In this document: positions 63,456-64,000 of the stretch, piece by piece | Layout of the letters: every line of letters begins with the position of its first letter | How positions within the stretch are numbered: the stretch's first letter is position 1 | NCBI RefSeq assembly: GCF_018350175.1 | Contig: NC_058368.1 | Span: 201,254,001-201,318,000 of the forward strand | DNA from: Felis catus | Lineage: Eukaryota | Length of the DNA stretch: 64,000 nt | Direction of reading: 5' to 3' | Position numbers and translations under genes: made by a program | The notes under the pieces: model-generated | Told to the model about the DNA's origin: nothing | Seen by the model: only the letters and a program-made list of their open reading frames with translations | Databases searched by the model: none

Positions 63456-64000
63456 TATCCAATTGCTTTCCATGTTTATAGAGACAGTTGGAAATGAATC
63501 CCTTCTGATTCCAAAGTAATCCACAGCTACAGAAATAAAACTCAGCTTTCCTGTCTTCATTAGGTCGTTCCTTCACTCAACTCCATTATGTATCCATTCT
63601 TAGATTAAACCTCTTTATCCAAATGATTGCTAAGTGAAATATACAAAATCTTCAGGGTGGTGCACCAAGTGTAGAACTGTTCCATGGAGGAAAAGCCTTT
63701 GCTGCCATAGGGTTAAGAGAAGAGTTCACGGGACGTGAAGATAGTATTTTTATTTTGTAAGGCCAGATACATACAATGCCATCCACTTGAGTTATGCTGC
63801 TTTCTGTGTCAAAGATTGACATGAATTATATGTTGTTGTGTCTGACCACAAAGAGCAAAATGGCTCCAGCCTCTTGTGCCACCCTTGCGTGGACATTCTT
63901 GATTTTTCTCCATGGTTGTTATAGATAAAAGATACAACATTACACCTGAATGTGCTTCATGATAGCATGCTATAACAGGAATAATACGTTGATCAGCCTT

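Overview
This is AT-rich, repeat-dense mammalian DNA that looks intergenic or intronic. It is almost certainly felid: about 22 tRNA-derived CanSINE copies or fragments occur, many of the cat SINEC_Fc type, along with young carnivore L1 3' ends and a Tigger2a_Car-like MITE. I cannot support any host protein-coding gene, RNA gene or CRISPR array. The long ORFs in the track are L1 ORF2 remnants, SINE or microsatellite read-throughs, or unrecognised chance ORFs. The window opens in a GC/CpG-enriched stretch that may be the shore of a promoter CpG island lying to the left. About 3-4 kb in there is a dense cluster of nuclear-receptor half-sites including a perfect DR2. The rest is a record of retrotransposition and rearrangement: two L1 insertions with 5' inversions (twin-priming signatures), a SINE fused to an L1 3' end within one apparent TSD pair, an ERV-L proviral remnant retaining integrase and dUTPase traces, a decayed Tigger transposase, an LTR apparently split by a small inversion, and a collapsed inverted SINE pair. 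I did not find a previously undescribed biological system; the findings are mechanistic curiosities and one regulatory candidate. Repeat subfamily names come from recalled consensus sequences, not a database search, and boundaries of old repeats are approximate.
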